Shown here piece after piece: positions 23,731 through 37,446 of a stretch of DNA of 64,000 nucleotides (positions are counted from its first letter, which is position 1; the number at the start of each line of letters is the position of its first letter). The position numbers and the translations under genes were made by a program. The DNA is from Octopus sinensis (lineage: Eukaryota), in the NCBI RefSeq assembly GCF_006345805.1, contig NC_042999.1, positions 91,698,001 to 91,762,000 of the forward strand. The letters are read 5' to 3'. The notes beneath the pieces are model-generated. The model did no database searches, was not told the origin of the DNA, and worked only from the letters and a program-made list of their open reading frames with translations.

Positions 23731-24773
23731 TGACATAAGAAAATAACAGGAATAAGAGGAAGAGAAGGAGGAAAAAAACAGAACAACAACCATAGCAACG
23801 TTGTTATTGATGATGATCATATCTTAAAACATTAAAATTTCATCATGCTATAGGTCGTAGTTCAACGTTTCTTTTTGACTGTTTAGTTCACTGCAATTTG
23901 TTGCTGGTAATATCTGCAGGGGATTCAGGAGAATTCTGGTGTATAATTCACAAATATCCCAGGGACATAAGTAGATGAAATGTAAAAGTTAGTTTTACCA
24001 CTCTTCTCTAAAAGTTGATCAACATTTTTATAATCATCAACATAATTACGACGGGTGAGGATCCCCTGTTATTAACATATTGTATTTTGAAAAGCATCTC
24101 AATGCCTGGAATTTCACAAAACAGCAATATTAAATTGAATATCTCTCTAATTTAAGGTAAAGAGTGGGTATTAAAATTCTTGAAATGTGCATACAACAAA
24201 ACAGAGTAGTAAAATGTCAGGCTGATGATCTTTCCCAGAATCTTAGACGTCTATAAAGCAGATACTATCTATAGTCAATCGATCTTTATACTTGGTCCAG
24301 CGAGTCAACAACTAGTTTTGAACTTATAAACTTATAAACTTTATACACTGGATTCTCATCATCCTTCGCTTCTCCTTACATTTCCATGTTATTATCACAT
24401 CGAAAGTATCATTTAATTCAGAAAAATAAGCCAGATTATTCATCCATCCATCCACCCGTCCGTCCGTCTCTCTGTCTATCTATCTATCTACATGCACATA
24501 TATGTATATGTTTTTGTATAACAATCCAAGAAAAGAGTACTCATTATATGAATTATCGTTAATAGTGGGAAACGCAACGTGTTTCATACAGGCAAATACA
24601 CGAGATATTTTCCGGAAATCTTTCAGATGATATTGCGAATAGTGAAACTGACAGGTGCCATTCGTCAATTCGTAATTGCAATTTAAATATCTGTTTCCCT
24701 TGGTAAAACTATTCATATGTTCGGACTTGTTGATGTTTGTAGAAGTAGAGGTCATGTACTAATGTGTACAAAC

Positions 24774-24906
24774 GTCGCCGATGTCGACTTTACCTTTTAT
24801 CCTTTTGGTGTCGATAAAATAAATACCAGTTGAGTACTGGAATTAGGGTAATCGACTTAACCCCTCCTCCAAATTTGCTGACCTTGTGGTAAAATTTGAA
24901 GTCAAT
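24774..24906 (+). mobile_element. SINE family A, partial
   Basis: GTCGACTTTACCTTTTATCCTTTTGGTGTCGATAAAATAAATACCAG core. Confidence 0.8.
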
Positions 24907-25404
24907 ATTAAGAGCTCTAGTAAAGGACTATCATTGAATCTGATATATAATGCGCATAAGTTTATAAAAAATAAAATTTTAACTTGGTGTCTCACAGGAT
25001 TTGCGGTGATGGAATATATTGTAAAGATTTGAATAGCACAATACTGTGTGTGTGTGTGTGTGTGTGTAATAGACATAATACACACCATACGCACACATAT
25101 ACATATGTATACATATATATAAAGATATATACTCACAATATACATACATATGTTTATGTGTGTGTGTGCACGCGCGCATTCATTTGTTTGTTTATTCAAT
25201 GGTTGAAACTTGCTGGAGCCTTTGGGTATTGTGCTGATGCATTGTTAATCAGGTTTCGATATATTCATGAGGAACTTTTAACCTGTTTTCACAAAAACCC
25301 TTTAAATTTCAATCATTGTCCTCCGTAGAAGATTTAAATAAAACTTTAAATCTATCTACTTTTCCATACATTCATCTATCCATATTGTGTATATGGCTGA
25401 TGTA

Positions 25405-25450
25405 TGTTTGTATGCATGTATGTATGTATGTATGTATGTATGTATGTATG

Positions 25451-25481
<31 letters not shown>

Positions 25482-25580
25482 GTTTATATGGATAGATGGA
25501 TGGATGATTAGATGGATGGATGGATAGATGGATGGATGGATGGATGGATGGATGAATGGATGGATGGATGGATGGATGAA
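25405..25580. repeat. (TATG)n-(GGAT)n array
   Basis: Direct reading. Confidence 0.95.
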
Positions 25581-26799
25581 TGGAGCGATGTGTATATATT
25601 TGCATGTAGTTATGTAAATCATTATATTTATTGTTGCTCCTTCTGAATAGTACCAATATCTTGCAGCCATTCTTAAACTGTAACAATGAAACATTCGAAG
25701 AACTCACTCATTTAATTTGAAATATAACTTATTACTGGTCCTTCACCGACTTGTGAGACGTAGTGATATTCAACTTTATTCTGACTACATTTCTGTTTAT
25801 ATAGCTTTTTGTGCATTTATCCCGTTAATATTATCATGTGCTTAATTGGATTGAACTGTCATAAACTATACAATTTGAAAGATAATTGATTTACCTTATA
25901 TTATCAGATATAAATGATACGCGTCATATTATCATGTACGTTATTGGACAGCATCAGCGTAGAGTATTCTATATTGGATACAATTCACTAAAGTAATATA
26001 GCTATATGTTGATATAATAATAATATATTCAAGTATTGGACATATCAGCGTTTGGACATATCAGCGCTTTCCTCTGAAACAAATTATAGTTGGTGAAACT
26101 GAACGATCTAGAGAAGATAAAGTAAAGGTCCAACGTAGCTAAACCCGAGGGTCCGGAGAGACGGAAGCCAACGATGTGGTGGTGAGGATGTCATCTAGAG
26201 ATCCAGAGATAATAAACAAAATGGTAAACTAAATGATTGAGAAAGGGTAAGCGAAATAAAGCAGCGGAAATAAACTAAAAGATATATAAACGATTATATT
26301 AAAGATCTAATGAAAATATTCTAAATAAATTAGACAGCATAAAATTAAGCGTTTAGTGAAGATAAAACCCACGCAGGAATGTATTGGTTTATTAGTAATA
26401 GATAAGTTTCAGCTTGGAACTGAACCCTCGTCACTGTTTCTGTTTTGCAACTACATCAGTTGCTCAAGGAGATCCACTTTAAATGTCTTAATGACCCGGT
26501 CGTGGTAGTGCGATGAAAACTTTGAACCTTGGTTATTAAATGAAAATTGAATTTTACCGTTTTCGTGTGTTTTCAGATGGCTAAAATGTCTCTTCCATAA
26601 TATCATTTCGAGTGATGTGACCATAAACAATATGTAACAGCAATATTCACTCCTGATCGGGCTAACAATCATATGGTTCTCTAGTAGCCCAAATGGAGAA
26701 TTTGATGTTGCGACAAATGCTACTTGTATAAACATATGATAAATATATTATCAATTATATATCAGTCGATTTGAAAAGACATGATGATAACTATGTACC

Positions 26800-27041
26800 A
26801 CATTATTTACATTTGACGGATATTTGTCCTCATCTTGTTTGTTGTTAACATACCGTTTCGGCTGAAATACCCTCCAGCCTTCATCAGGTGTCTTTGGGGA
26901 AATTTCGAACCAAGGTTCTCATTCCTAAGGTATTTTTCGATGTTGTTGTTGTTATTATTATTATTATTATTATTCAGATCACGGCTTGGAATCGAACTCG
27001 GATTCTTGGGGTTAGTAGCCCGCGCACTTAACCACTACGAC
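26800..27041 (-). mobile_element. Composite SINE-like unit: tRNA-like head + (AAT)/(AAC) spacer + Penelope-type tail with hammerhead core
   Basis: Minus strand shows an A box TAGTGGTTAAG (27027-27037), a B box GAGTTCGATTCC (26988-26999), the microsatellite, and then CTGATGA-A-GGCTG..CAGCC-GAAAC. Confidence 0.75.
26846..26893 (-). ncRNA. Minimal type I hammerhead-ribozyme-like motif (probably mutated at the cleavage triplet)
   Basis: AGACAC CTGATGA A GGCTG GAGGGTATTT CAGCC GAA ACGG T ATGTT: the core and the 5-bp stem II are intact. Confidence 0.6.
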
Positions 27042-27210
27042 ATTTCAAGATCAAGTATTATATATATATTTCAAGTAATACAAAGAAGTTCGTTGTTGAC
27101 TTAACAATGACACCATCATGATAGTGAAGGGCAATTTAAGATTTAATGCTAATTCAAATAATTTATCGCAATATGCTCCAGTTATTTCCAACACAAATTT
27201 ACAAATAGAC

Positions 27211-27372
27211 ACAGGCGTTGCTGTGTATTAAGAAGTTTCTTTCCCAACCACGTGTTTTCGGTTTCAATCGAACTGCATGGGACCCTGGGGACAAGTGCGT
27301 TTTCTATCATAGCCCTGAGACGACCAAGGCCTTGTGAGTGGATTTAGTAGACCTAAACTACTGAACGTCGTA
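27211..27372 (+). mobile_element. tRNA-derived SINE, family B
   Basis: GGCGTTGCTGTGTATTAAGAAG head, GGTTTCAATC B-box-like, ACCAAGGCCTTGTGAGTGGATTT; ends in (TA)/(TG). Confidence 0.8.
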
Positions 27373-27523
27373 TATATATATTATATATATGTGAGTGTGT
27401 GTGTGTGTGCGTGTGTGTGTGTGTGTACATATATATATACATACATATGCACATATATATGTGTGTGTGTGTGTGAGTGCCTGGGATTGTGTGTGAGTGT
27501 GTGTGTATGTGTGTGGAATAGGG

Positions 27524-27770
27524 ACAGGCGTAGCTGTGTTGTAAGAAGCTTCAGTTCCATGATATGGCACCTTGGGCACGTGTCTTCTATTATAACTCCG
27601 GGCCGACCAAAACCTTGTGAGTGGACTTGGTGGGCAGAAACTGAAAAGAGACCGATAGAATAAGTACTTGACTTAAAAAGTAAGTTCTGGTTCAATTTGT
27701 TCGACTAAAATCCTTCAAGGCGGTGCTCCATCTTGGCCGCAGTCAAATGACTGAAACAAGTGTAAGAGTA
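27524..27770 (+). mobile_element. SINE family B with 3' portion
   Basis: GGCACCTTGGGCACGTGTCTTCTA..GGGCCGACCAAAACCTTGTGAGTGG..CCTTCAAGGCGGTGCTCCA..GGCCGCAGTCAAATGACTGAAACAAG. Confidence 0.8.
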
Positions 27771-27921
27771 TAAGAAAAAAAAATATATATGTAATCCTCA
27801 CCCGTTTCTAAGCAAGGTAATATTCCTTTATTCACAGAAAGAAATAGAAATGTAAAACACAGCTTCTATGATGACGACCACGTTTAAAACTATCGCACGC
27901 TGTTGATATGAGAAATCCATC

Positions 27922-28340
27922 AAGGCAGAGCTGGCAGAAACGTCAGCTCACCGGAAGGCGGCGAGCTGGCAGAAACATTAGCACATCGGCAGAAATGCTT
28001 AGCAGTATTTCGTCTGCCGTTACGTTCTGAGTTCAAATTCAGCCGAAGTCGACTTTGCCTTTCATCCTTTTGGGGTGGATTAAATAAGTACCAGTTACGA
28101 ACTGGGCTCAATGTGATCGACTTAATCCGTTTGTCTGTCCTTGTTTGTCCTCTCTGTGTTTAGCCCCTTGTGAGTAGTAAAGAAATAAGTATTTCGGCTG
28201 TCTTTACGTTCTGAGTTCAAATTCCGCCGAGGTCGACTTTGCCTTTCATCCTTTCAGGATGAGTTGCATGCTGGGGTCGATCTAATCGACTGGGCCCCAC
28301 CCCTAAAATTTCGGGCCTTGTGCCTAGAGTAGAAAAGAAT
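27922..28340 (+). mobile_element. Two tandem SINE family A copies (the first has a duplicated head)
   Basis: GAGCTGGCAGAAAC occurs twice at 27927-27978; TTACGTTCTGAGTTCAAATT..GTCGACTTTGCCTTTCATCC occurs at ~28020 and ~28205. Confidence 0.85.
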
Positions 28341-28399
28341 ACAGGGAAACCAACGCACACACGCACGCAAACACACACACACATGCATACATATATTTA

Positions 28400-28442
28400 G
28401 ACAAACTCTCTCCCTCTCTCTCTCTCTCTCTCTCCCTCTCTC

Positions 28443-28500
<58 letters not shown>
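28400..28500. repeat. (CT)n-(CA)n
   Basis: Direct reading. Confidence 0.95.
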
Positions 28501-28501
<1 letters not shown>

Positions 28502-31500
28502 TATACAATGCGATTCTTTCAGTTTTCCTCTGGCCAATCTACCCGCAAGACTTTTATTAGATATGAAAGACGACGGATGTAATAGAAGACACTTGCTCAA
28601 GATTACACCCCATAGGTCTGAACCTGAGTCCACATGGTTAGGTAGCGAACATAGGCATACTCGTATGTTAATTAAAATTACAAATTTTTGAAATAAATAT
28701 CTAATGACACTGGGAAAGAGCTAACGGTTTCTTTTAAGTCGAAAAACAGGTCCGTTATCACAATGAAATGTTTTAATTATGAGCATGAACAGAATAATTA
28801 CAATGATCAATACAGCAAGTCCCGAGAAGAACGGCTATTTACATTTCAAGATAAATTCCCTTTAATGTGTGCTATTTCACTTGAGTTACACATCATCAAG
28901 CATTAGATTACAGAGAAAAACAACAAGACACACAAAAATATTTAGGATTGCACATAAATAATTTAAGGCTTCCCATGACTGAAGATGCATGAAAATAATA
29001 TACTAGATTGCATGAAGTTTATATTACTATGCACACAGAAAAGGATTATTATGAACACAGTTCAAGCAACGTTGCACAAAACGTCTGCACCTCAGATGTA
29101 TATTAGCTTCGATCCTACCTTGTGTTATTCTGATTGCAACTAGCAGTGTAAATCTTATGTAATGAGGGTGCGAATTTGATGAGTTGAGTATTAATCAGGC
29201 GGAGGTAGATGCAGTGCATACCGTTGCAACTAACGCAAAACACTGCGTTGATTGCATCGTGGTATTTAATGTCATAGTTCTCGGTGTAGATATAAATATA
29301 TCGGCTTTGTACAGATTTGACTTTTAACACCTTCATATTTTATTTATTTCGGACATAACTGCGTGAATAAATTGAGATCACACATCCACTCACATATTTA
29401 TACACTTCAACAGACAGACTCATACACATACATATACATATATATATACGTATAAGCACACGCACACATAGAGGTGTGCATACACACGAGCACATAAAAT
29501 TCAGAATCTTATATAAACTTTCAATATACTCATAAATCAGAATTTATATAGTACTTTCTACCTTCTTCATTCGCAGTCTTACTGTCTCCTCACCACACAC
29601 ACACACATACACACACATACACGCACACAAATAAATACATGCACACAAATTCACCCACACACACGCACACACAAACACCTGTATATATACTAACTACTTA
29701 CAGTACATGTATGTGTATATATACATAAATACACATGTATTTAACACCTACACATAGATTTATGCACACACACTTATATTTGCACATTACTTAGTACTTG
29801 TGTATATATTACATACTTAATTCATATATGCAGCCGTACCTACACATACATATGAAGATCATTTACGCATGGTTCAACAGTGATTATCTTGTACCTAATA
29901 AATACGCCAATACATATAAAGGGAATAATTTCCATAAAACGCGGAATGTTTCCTTGACGGTTGGCGTCGTTATTTGGAACTAATACACGTATGATACAAT
30001 ATATGAACTAAAATGCATCAAAGGTTTTTTAAGAAAATCAGAAACTTTGTATTTAGTCTATATGGAGCTATAAGTAATAAGCAGTAAACTAGACTCGGAC
30101 GTGGGGGCAAATGTTAGGACATATTTCTGACTTGGAAAAAGTAGATACATGTTCTAATACTCTGAGCCAACCTCACTATATTTAGAGATGACGTGCAACA
30201 GGGTTTCAGCTGCGATTTTAATTCAAGAAGATATGTGACACTAACTACAGCGAGGTATTTTGCCTGTCAAATCGCCGTTTATACTTTATCCTTACCCTCA
30301 GTCACAGCAAAATACCTCAGCAGCATACACATTCCACCAATATCTTCTCAGTACTTTCTCGCTAATGGAATGTTAAAATAAATATTTGCAATATACCGAA
30401 AGAAATATACCGAAAGAAATAAATGTTGCTGATTATAAGATAATAAGCAAACTGAAAACCGGGATCGAAGATTCCTTTCTGATTTTATGTTAATACTCTT
30501 ACCATCTTAAGATACCCAAGGTCTCTGCAAAAAACGATTACCTCTTTTTCTTTTTTTTTTACAATGGGATGCTTTGTCTCTCGGAAAAGTGAAATGATTA
30601 TACTATGTGTTGCAGTTTCTACAGGTGTAAATGTAGACTATTAATGATTAGAGATATTGATGGACAGCGGGATCTGTGCCCTGTATATTTTGTTCGTTAA
30701 CACTATATTCTTAGTTTTAGTAAGCCCAGGTTGATTTTGTTATACCTTCCATATTTGGGGGTGTCGATGAATTTCAGTTCCAGTTAAGTACTGTAGAAAT
30801 TTAATAAATATTATTCTCCTTTGAAATTTGCAATTTTCTTTGAATGTTAAAAAATATACATTAATTTTGTCAAGAGTGATGTAAAATTTCCGTCTTACAT
30901 TTTATTTTCCATTGAATTCCGTCATTGGATTCCCACTATTCTGGAGAAATACAGCTTCAAAAGTTCTAGTTAATCATATGTATTATAGTTCTTGAAGGTG
31001 TGAGGAGTATAACTAACGGGACATAATTTAGTGTTCAAATCTCAGCCAAGCTCTTTCAAAATTACTGTGGTATACACTCCTCTTTATTCTATGCTATATT
31101 TTCTTGTTTGTTAAATAATAAAATTAAGCAGATATAACAAATAAGGGAGTTCATTTGCTGTGTTACACAAGTTTCTTTGCGATATAATAAACTATATGTC
31201 CACTGGTTGAGCCTGCTGGCATACTGTATTCTTCAAATATAATTAACAAAATTTTGAATCCTGGGACCAAATTCCCACTCTAGAAATTAATTGTTAATTT
31301 CTATAGTGTCTTTTACAATAGATACGAGCACGAGGTTCCGGCTGTTTGTTATTGCATGACACTGAATAATTTTCTTCTATGTAACATCAGGGATAGACTG
31401 TGTGGAAGTACAACAGATGAACTGTGTCTGATCTTGACTTTTAGACTGAATCCGTGACACGGTCTAAGTGGAGCCCACTCTACTGCAAACATTTGCAACA

Positions 31501-34500
31501 TGTCACTAGTATAAATCTGAAGCCTCCAAAATATGTTATAGGTGCAACTTTGATAAAACAATAGAAAACGCAAGTCTTATTAAAGACACCAATAAGGATT
31601 TAATGACACACGGATAAATCCCCTATTTAGTTCAAGTTACGTATCTTTTACAGATATAACTAAAATATCGATGTTCGAAATCCTATAGTGTGTTTTACTA
31701 ATGACATTTTCACTGCTCTCTACTAGTCCAATCCACCCAGCAGTAAATAATTGTCATTGAGTAGTCAATTTTATTGCACTTGGACACAGTAAATTGGTTA
31801 GTAATTCCATTAGTTACTGCTGCCGGGTTCAAATACTATCATGATCCTCATAGAAAGATGAATGAGGTAGACTTACATTAGATATTCTAAATCAGAAAAT
31901 ACGATCTTTAGATTTTAGTGTGTCGCACTTTTTAGTAACGGTGTCTTAATTTCTAATTTAACTTTTCCATTAGGAAGTGTAAGGTGAAAATAAAGTTTGT
32001 TTTACAAGTTGAAGTGACAAGCCAATGCAGATGAGAAAATGCACACATATAATATATAATCTCTCTCGTCCATTCTCTCTCTCACTTTTTCTTCATCTGT
32101 CTCTGTGTCTGCCTGTCTGTCTCTCATTAAAGGCAGGAAGTCACATAATCCGTTGACGTGTAAGGTCGCCATTAAAAGCTATATCTTCATGAAATTGCTT
32201 GAAAGGAAATTCAACTAATTCCTTTCGATGTAATATCACATCGAGGTGGTTCAGCACTTCAACTTAACGAAACGTCAGCTATCTTTACATTTTGTGTATA
32301 GACTCGTAAGATAACACAATAATACCCCCAGCAACTTATGAAGGTAAACATTTGATTTCTATACAGCAATTATGTTACAAGTACGAGTTGTAATATATGT
32401 ACATCGTAAAACGTATGCATCTGCTTTCTGATCACGTCGAAGGTATTTGCTAATTTAACATGAATACAAAATAGGAAGGCATGTGTAAATTCATTTTTAA
32501 TTGAGATTATGAAGAGAAACTTATAACTATTAGCTTCGTAATACGTTAATGGCTGATTTAATTGTAATTATGATCTAATGAATCAAAAACTTTCGCTATT
32601 TAATGGTTAAATTATTTTCAATGATCACGGAGCTGATCTTCGTTAATTCTATAAGCATGATTAGCAGATTATTTTAGAATGTGGAATTTTAATCATTTCT
32701 GGCTACTCTTGCAGCTGCTGTAGTGTCGTTTCAAACGATTTCCTTTATTAAATATTCTAATTACTACATATTTTATATATATGCTTGCCTATATGGTTGT
32801 TAGCTCTTTTCACATAAACCATACACAATTATGCTAGCGAAGCAAGGTTTGTGTCTCTGTATATTATGACGAAATGGATAGCTAAAAGCAGTGAATAATA
32901 CAAACGAAAGGGCAAATAATTGGTGGTTATAGTTAATAACAGGGAAACAGTGAAATGGGATGCATCATTCATTCGTTAGCAAGCAGCATTAGCGGAAAGA
33001 ACTGATTCCGAAGAGAAATGGAATGGAGGAGAGATCATCTGTGGTAGCTGATCTTCTACCCTAAGGTGCTCAAAAAAGCGTTAATATATTTTTGATATTC
33101 AACAATCCGAGGACGCAAAAGTGCACTGGAGCAGATGGTAAAGATTAAATCCTTGTCTTCATAATTGCTCGACTTATACTAAAATTAGGAAACAATTTAT
33201 ATCTCTCTTTCTTAGGGCAAAATCTCTATATATTCTAAATACGAAAATACATCATTGGGACGTACCTAAGTTTGTATAGTGATATAAAACAATGTCTTAA
33301 CTTTTTTCTTTCGATGAGGATTGGAGCTACTTCCCTGTCTTAGCTTGCTGTGCTCCTGTTCTTGTCCGAAACCTCTATCCACAGTACATCTGTATCTCTC
33401 TCCTATATATACAGCAACATGTCTGTGTGTGCGTGTCCTTTATACAAATCCACAATTTTTCAGTTAGAGGGCTCGCACTTTCTATGGTCATTCAAAACCG
33501 TCCACATCTTTACATTTCCCCATTCACTCCGCAAAGCCATTAAAAAATCAATAGAAGTGACTTTTTTGTGAATTTTCTATCCAAAACCCAATCAAAATGC
33601 CCGAAACTTGATACGCCAATTGAATGCCAGCTAGCTGTATGTAATTGGTCCGAGATTTGGACAGTACTCGCGTGTATGTGCGCACGCACGCAGCTGTATA
33701 TGCATGCACTAGCACTATGACCTGGCGTTGCCGGGTCATAGTGCTAGTTTCTATATCAAACTTTAACAAACTTTCGATGCAAAACAAAAATTGTATTTAT
33801 ACTGTAAGTCATTGCGACACAAAGGAGTGTAGAACAATACGCCGCTGAAATATAGAATTAAGAACAGCGATTAAGAAAGAGATTGTTTGGGAAAAGAAAA
33901 TAGAGAATAAAGCAAAAATACCTTCAGGTACATTGACGCCTCTCTCTCTCTTTCTTTCTCATTGTATAACCCTTAACTGTATAACCCTATCTATGTAATG
34001 AGTTCAAGTCCCACTGTGGATAACTATTTTTACCCCTGTTTCTCGTGATATTAAAGTACAAGGAGTGTATTTATATCTTTTCAATCACTTACCCTTATTT
34101 AAAATAAAATCTACTTGTATTCGTCTCGCCAAAGCCACATTACCGATGTTATTTAGACATAGATTGGAAATAATAGTTTATTGACACAAGCATTCCAGCT
34201 TTGAATAATGTGTACTTTTGTAAATCCAAGACTGCAATTATTCAAAATTTACTTCCATGCTTTAAAAAGAAATTTGTGAGAGATTTTACAAGTATTTGTA
34301 GCAGGTTGAGTGGCTGTGTGGTAACTCTCTTGTGAGCCCAACATACTGTGGTACTTAATTCAGTATGGTAAATGCCTTTGAAGGACATGAATACTCTCCT
34401 GCTGTTTTTTCATGTACGAAACACGAAGACTGCCGCTTCTCTGTTTAGCTGAGTTATACCGACATCTCTGTCTGATACGAAATAATATCTCTGTACCGAA

Positions 34501-35724
34501 CTAAGACTTGTTGGCTTGACTTGTGAGCGATAGCAGCTAAATTTCTTTTAGATTGTAGCCTATTGTTCTGAAAATAACGACCAACGTAATCTTTGAAATA
34601 TCAGCAGACAGGATGGTACGAATAGAATGGCATTGATCGTAGTGCCGTTCAGTGAAGGCTGGCTTCAGACTTAACAACAATCTAAGATATTTAATACAAG
34701 TGTAAACGTTGTGTAGTCCCCATGTCGATCGTTTCTGAGGAGACTTATGATGACAGTTCTATTAATTATTGAAAATCAGTAACCCTAGGATCACACTCCC
34801 CAATGTGACCCCACCCTTTTTTAAAAAGAAGTTTCGTAAGGGAATTTAGTCACCTGTCCTGGCAAAGTCATACGGTGGCGTAGAGTTTTTCTTGTTGGTT
34901 CGATACAATATTATGAATTAAAGCTATGCAACTTACAAATCCAGCAAAAGTAATGAACAAACTGTTGAATGCAAGCTAGAAATATAAGTCATCATTGTTG
35001 TTGATATTATTGTTGAGGATGCATTTATTGTCGTTACTGCTGTTCCTGCAGGTGCTGTTGTTGTTAATTAGCCCTATACTATTCTAAGTAGATCTATGAC
35101 CAAAGGTATTCCAACATCATCTCTTTCTTCTCGCATTTCGTATCCAGAACTTACGTTATCCAATCTTCCTGTCTCTTTTTCAAAAATGCTTTCCGTAATT
35201 TGACGGACATTTTTATTCCATTTCTTGCATTTCGAGTGACCACTTAGTGGATCAATTGTTGACGAATTTGTTTAAGAGAACAATTAATTTGCAGTCTAAC
35301 CCTGCACTACTGGATAATTAGGAAGAAGATTGTGGCAACCGCTCCACAAAACTATTCACGTTATGGTCTGGCTGCTGCCATTATATTTGTGTTGTTGATT
35401 GTGATAAGACAATTGCAGTTGCAGTTGCTGTTGCTGCTCCTGCTGCTGTAATTGGTTTTGCGTTTTGGCTCTCAATCCTGAATTTGTAGATAAATTTCTA
35501 ATGTTGTTATAGCCAAGACCATCACGGCCTTTTTAAGTATATGTAGAACTACATTATCTAATGTGCTGATGCAGTAATTTCATTTTCACTGCTATTTCTA
35601 GTAGACTGAGCGTTCAAATTTGATACTCCAATTTTGGTTCAATATTGTTGCTACAGCTGCTGCCCCTGCTGATGTTGTTGATTTTGTTCTACTTCTTCCT
35701 CTTCACCTTTTTTTTCTGCTGCTA

Positions 35725-35830
35725 CTGCAGTTGCTTCTTCTTCTTCTTCTTCTTCTTCTTCTTCTTCTTCTTCTTCTTCTTCTTCTTCTTCTTCTTCTTC
35801 TTCTTCTTCTTCTTCTTCTTCTTCTTCTTC

Positions 35831-35920
<90 letters not shown>
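35725..35920. repeat. (CTT)n-(ATT)n compound microsatellite
   Basis: Direct reading; source of the poly-L/F/R/K ORFs. Confidence 0.97.
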
Positions 35921-35923
<3 letters not shown>

Positions 35924-36319
35924 TCTTTCTTCTTCCTCCATATTTTATAGATACCTTCTTTTTCATAATCATCACAATCGTCTGCTCGAATATCAAGCAC
36001 TCCCGTGTTTCTCGTAATTATAACCTCAGTAATTTTATTTGACAAATTATTAGCAGGACAATTAAAACGTTGAAAGAGAAGTGATTTATTCAGTAAAAAT
36101 GTCTAATTGTTTCTAATTTCTAAACAAAGTAAATTAAATGGTTATTCCTGACAAATACTGATATTATATTTTACACTTTACGGCAATGTTTTTCGCCAAA
36201 GGTTTCGATAATATTACATGCAACTAATTAGTAATGTTGTGTTTTACGACTACCATAGCTTTTATCAACAGTTAATTTAAGGAAACAATTTTAAAAATCC
36301 CAGACTTATGTAACAGTCA

Positions 36320-36348
36320 ATTTACAATCATGATTTTCTCATCATTAT

Positions 36349-36389
<41 letters not shown>

Positions 36390-36451
36390 GCATAAGCATC
36401 ATTATCATCATTATTATTAGTTCTCTTTATCACAGGTTTTGTTGGAGCTCC

Positions 36452-36502
<51 letters not shown>

Positions 36503-36524
36503 CATTATTATTATTATTATTATC

Positions 36525-36590
<66 letters not shown>
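36320..36590. repeat. (CAT)/(CAG)/(ATT) compound microsatellite
   Basis: Direct reading. Confidence 0.95.
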
Positions 36591-37329
36591 GTTAAGGAAA
36601 CTTAGCATGATACGATATAATAATTGACATCACATAATCGCCAAATGAGAGACATATTTCCATTAAGCGTATCGGCTTTACAATCAAAATGGAAAAGAGG
36701 CTGACTAAATAATGATGTATTGTGACTAAAAGACAGAAAATTATGTTTAAAAGAAGCTGATAATTATGGTTTCTGCGGGCAAGCTAAATGATCCTATTGA
36801 ATTACTAGACATTGTCCATTTCTCATGATATTTCGTTAATCAACTGTTTAAAGATTACATTCTTAACTAATTCAGTTGTTTATGTGTGTCCAATATGTCA
36901 GCTATATGTTAAACGTCGGCCCTGTCGAGCTAACGAATAAGACGCCTACGTGGCATATCGGTTGAGTAGAAATAGCAGCTGAATGCTCTCAAATCCACTT
37001 TATCATGTTTAATCTACAGTGTCGATCTGAATGTACAAACAGACTGACTGGAGACGAATGGAACACTCGATTATATGCTTGCTCAGTTAGAGATGGCGTG
37101 GAATTAAAAGACTGACGCACAACATAAATCGATGTGAATGCAGTAAAATGGCTTCAAACAAGAATCAAGGCGACGTCACTGCTTCGGCTTCTGGGAAGGT
37201 TAATTGTTGCACTAAAACATTGGTAACATCAGGTAAATCATAATCGAAAATACCTACAATACTAAGCGCAGTCATTCCGTCTTCAGAATTGTAAGTGTAC
37301 ACGACATGATGTCACATTTAAAAAAAAAT

Positions 37330-37446
37330 TTGGCACAGAGCCAGCAAAGTTGGGGTGGGAAGAGTAAGTCGATTACATCGACTGCCCTGTTCGACTGGTA
37401 CTTATTTTATCGAACCCGAAAGGATGAATGCAAAGTCGACCTTGAT
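37330..37446 (-). mobile_element. SINE family A, partial
   Basis: GTCGACTTTGCATTCATCCTTTCGGGTTCGATAAAATAAGTACCAG on the minus strand. Confidence 0.8.

Noticed and set aside
25940-26075. Short repeats TGGACATATCAGCG (two tandem copies plus a variant) and ATATACCGAAAGAA x2 at ~30392-30419
   Set aside because: These are ordinary local slippage duplications with no further structure.
26415-26470. CTGATGT...GAAAC on the minus strand as another hammerhead
   Set aside because: The core has A9 replaced, and there is no convincing stem I or stem II.
26975-27041. Possible tRNA gene
   Set aside because: The acceptor and anticodon stems do not pair fully and it runs into a microsatellite with no terminator. 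It is treated as a SINE head. The same applies to 38700-38768.
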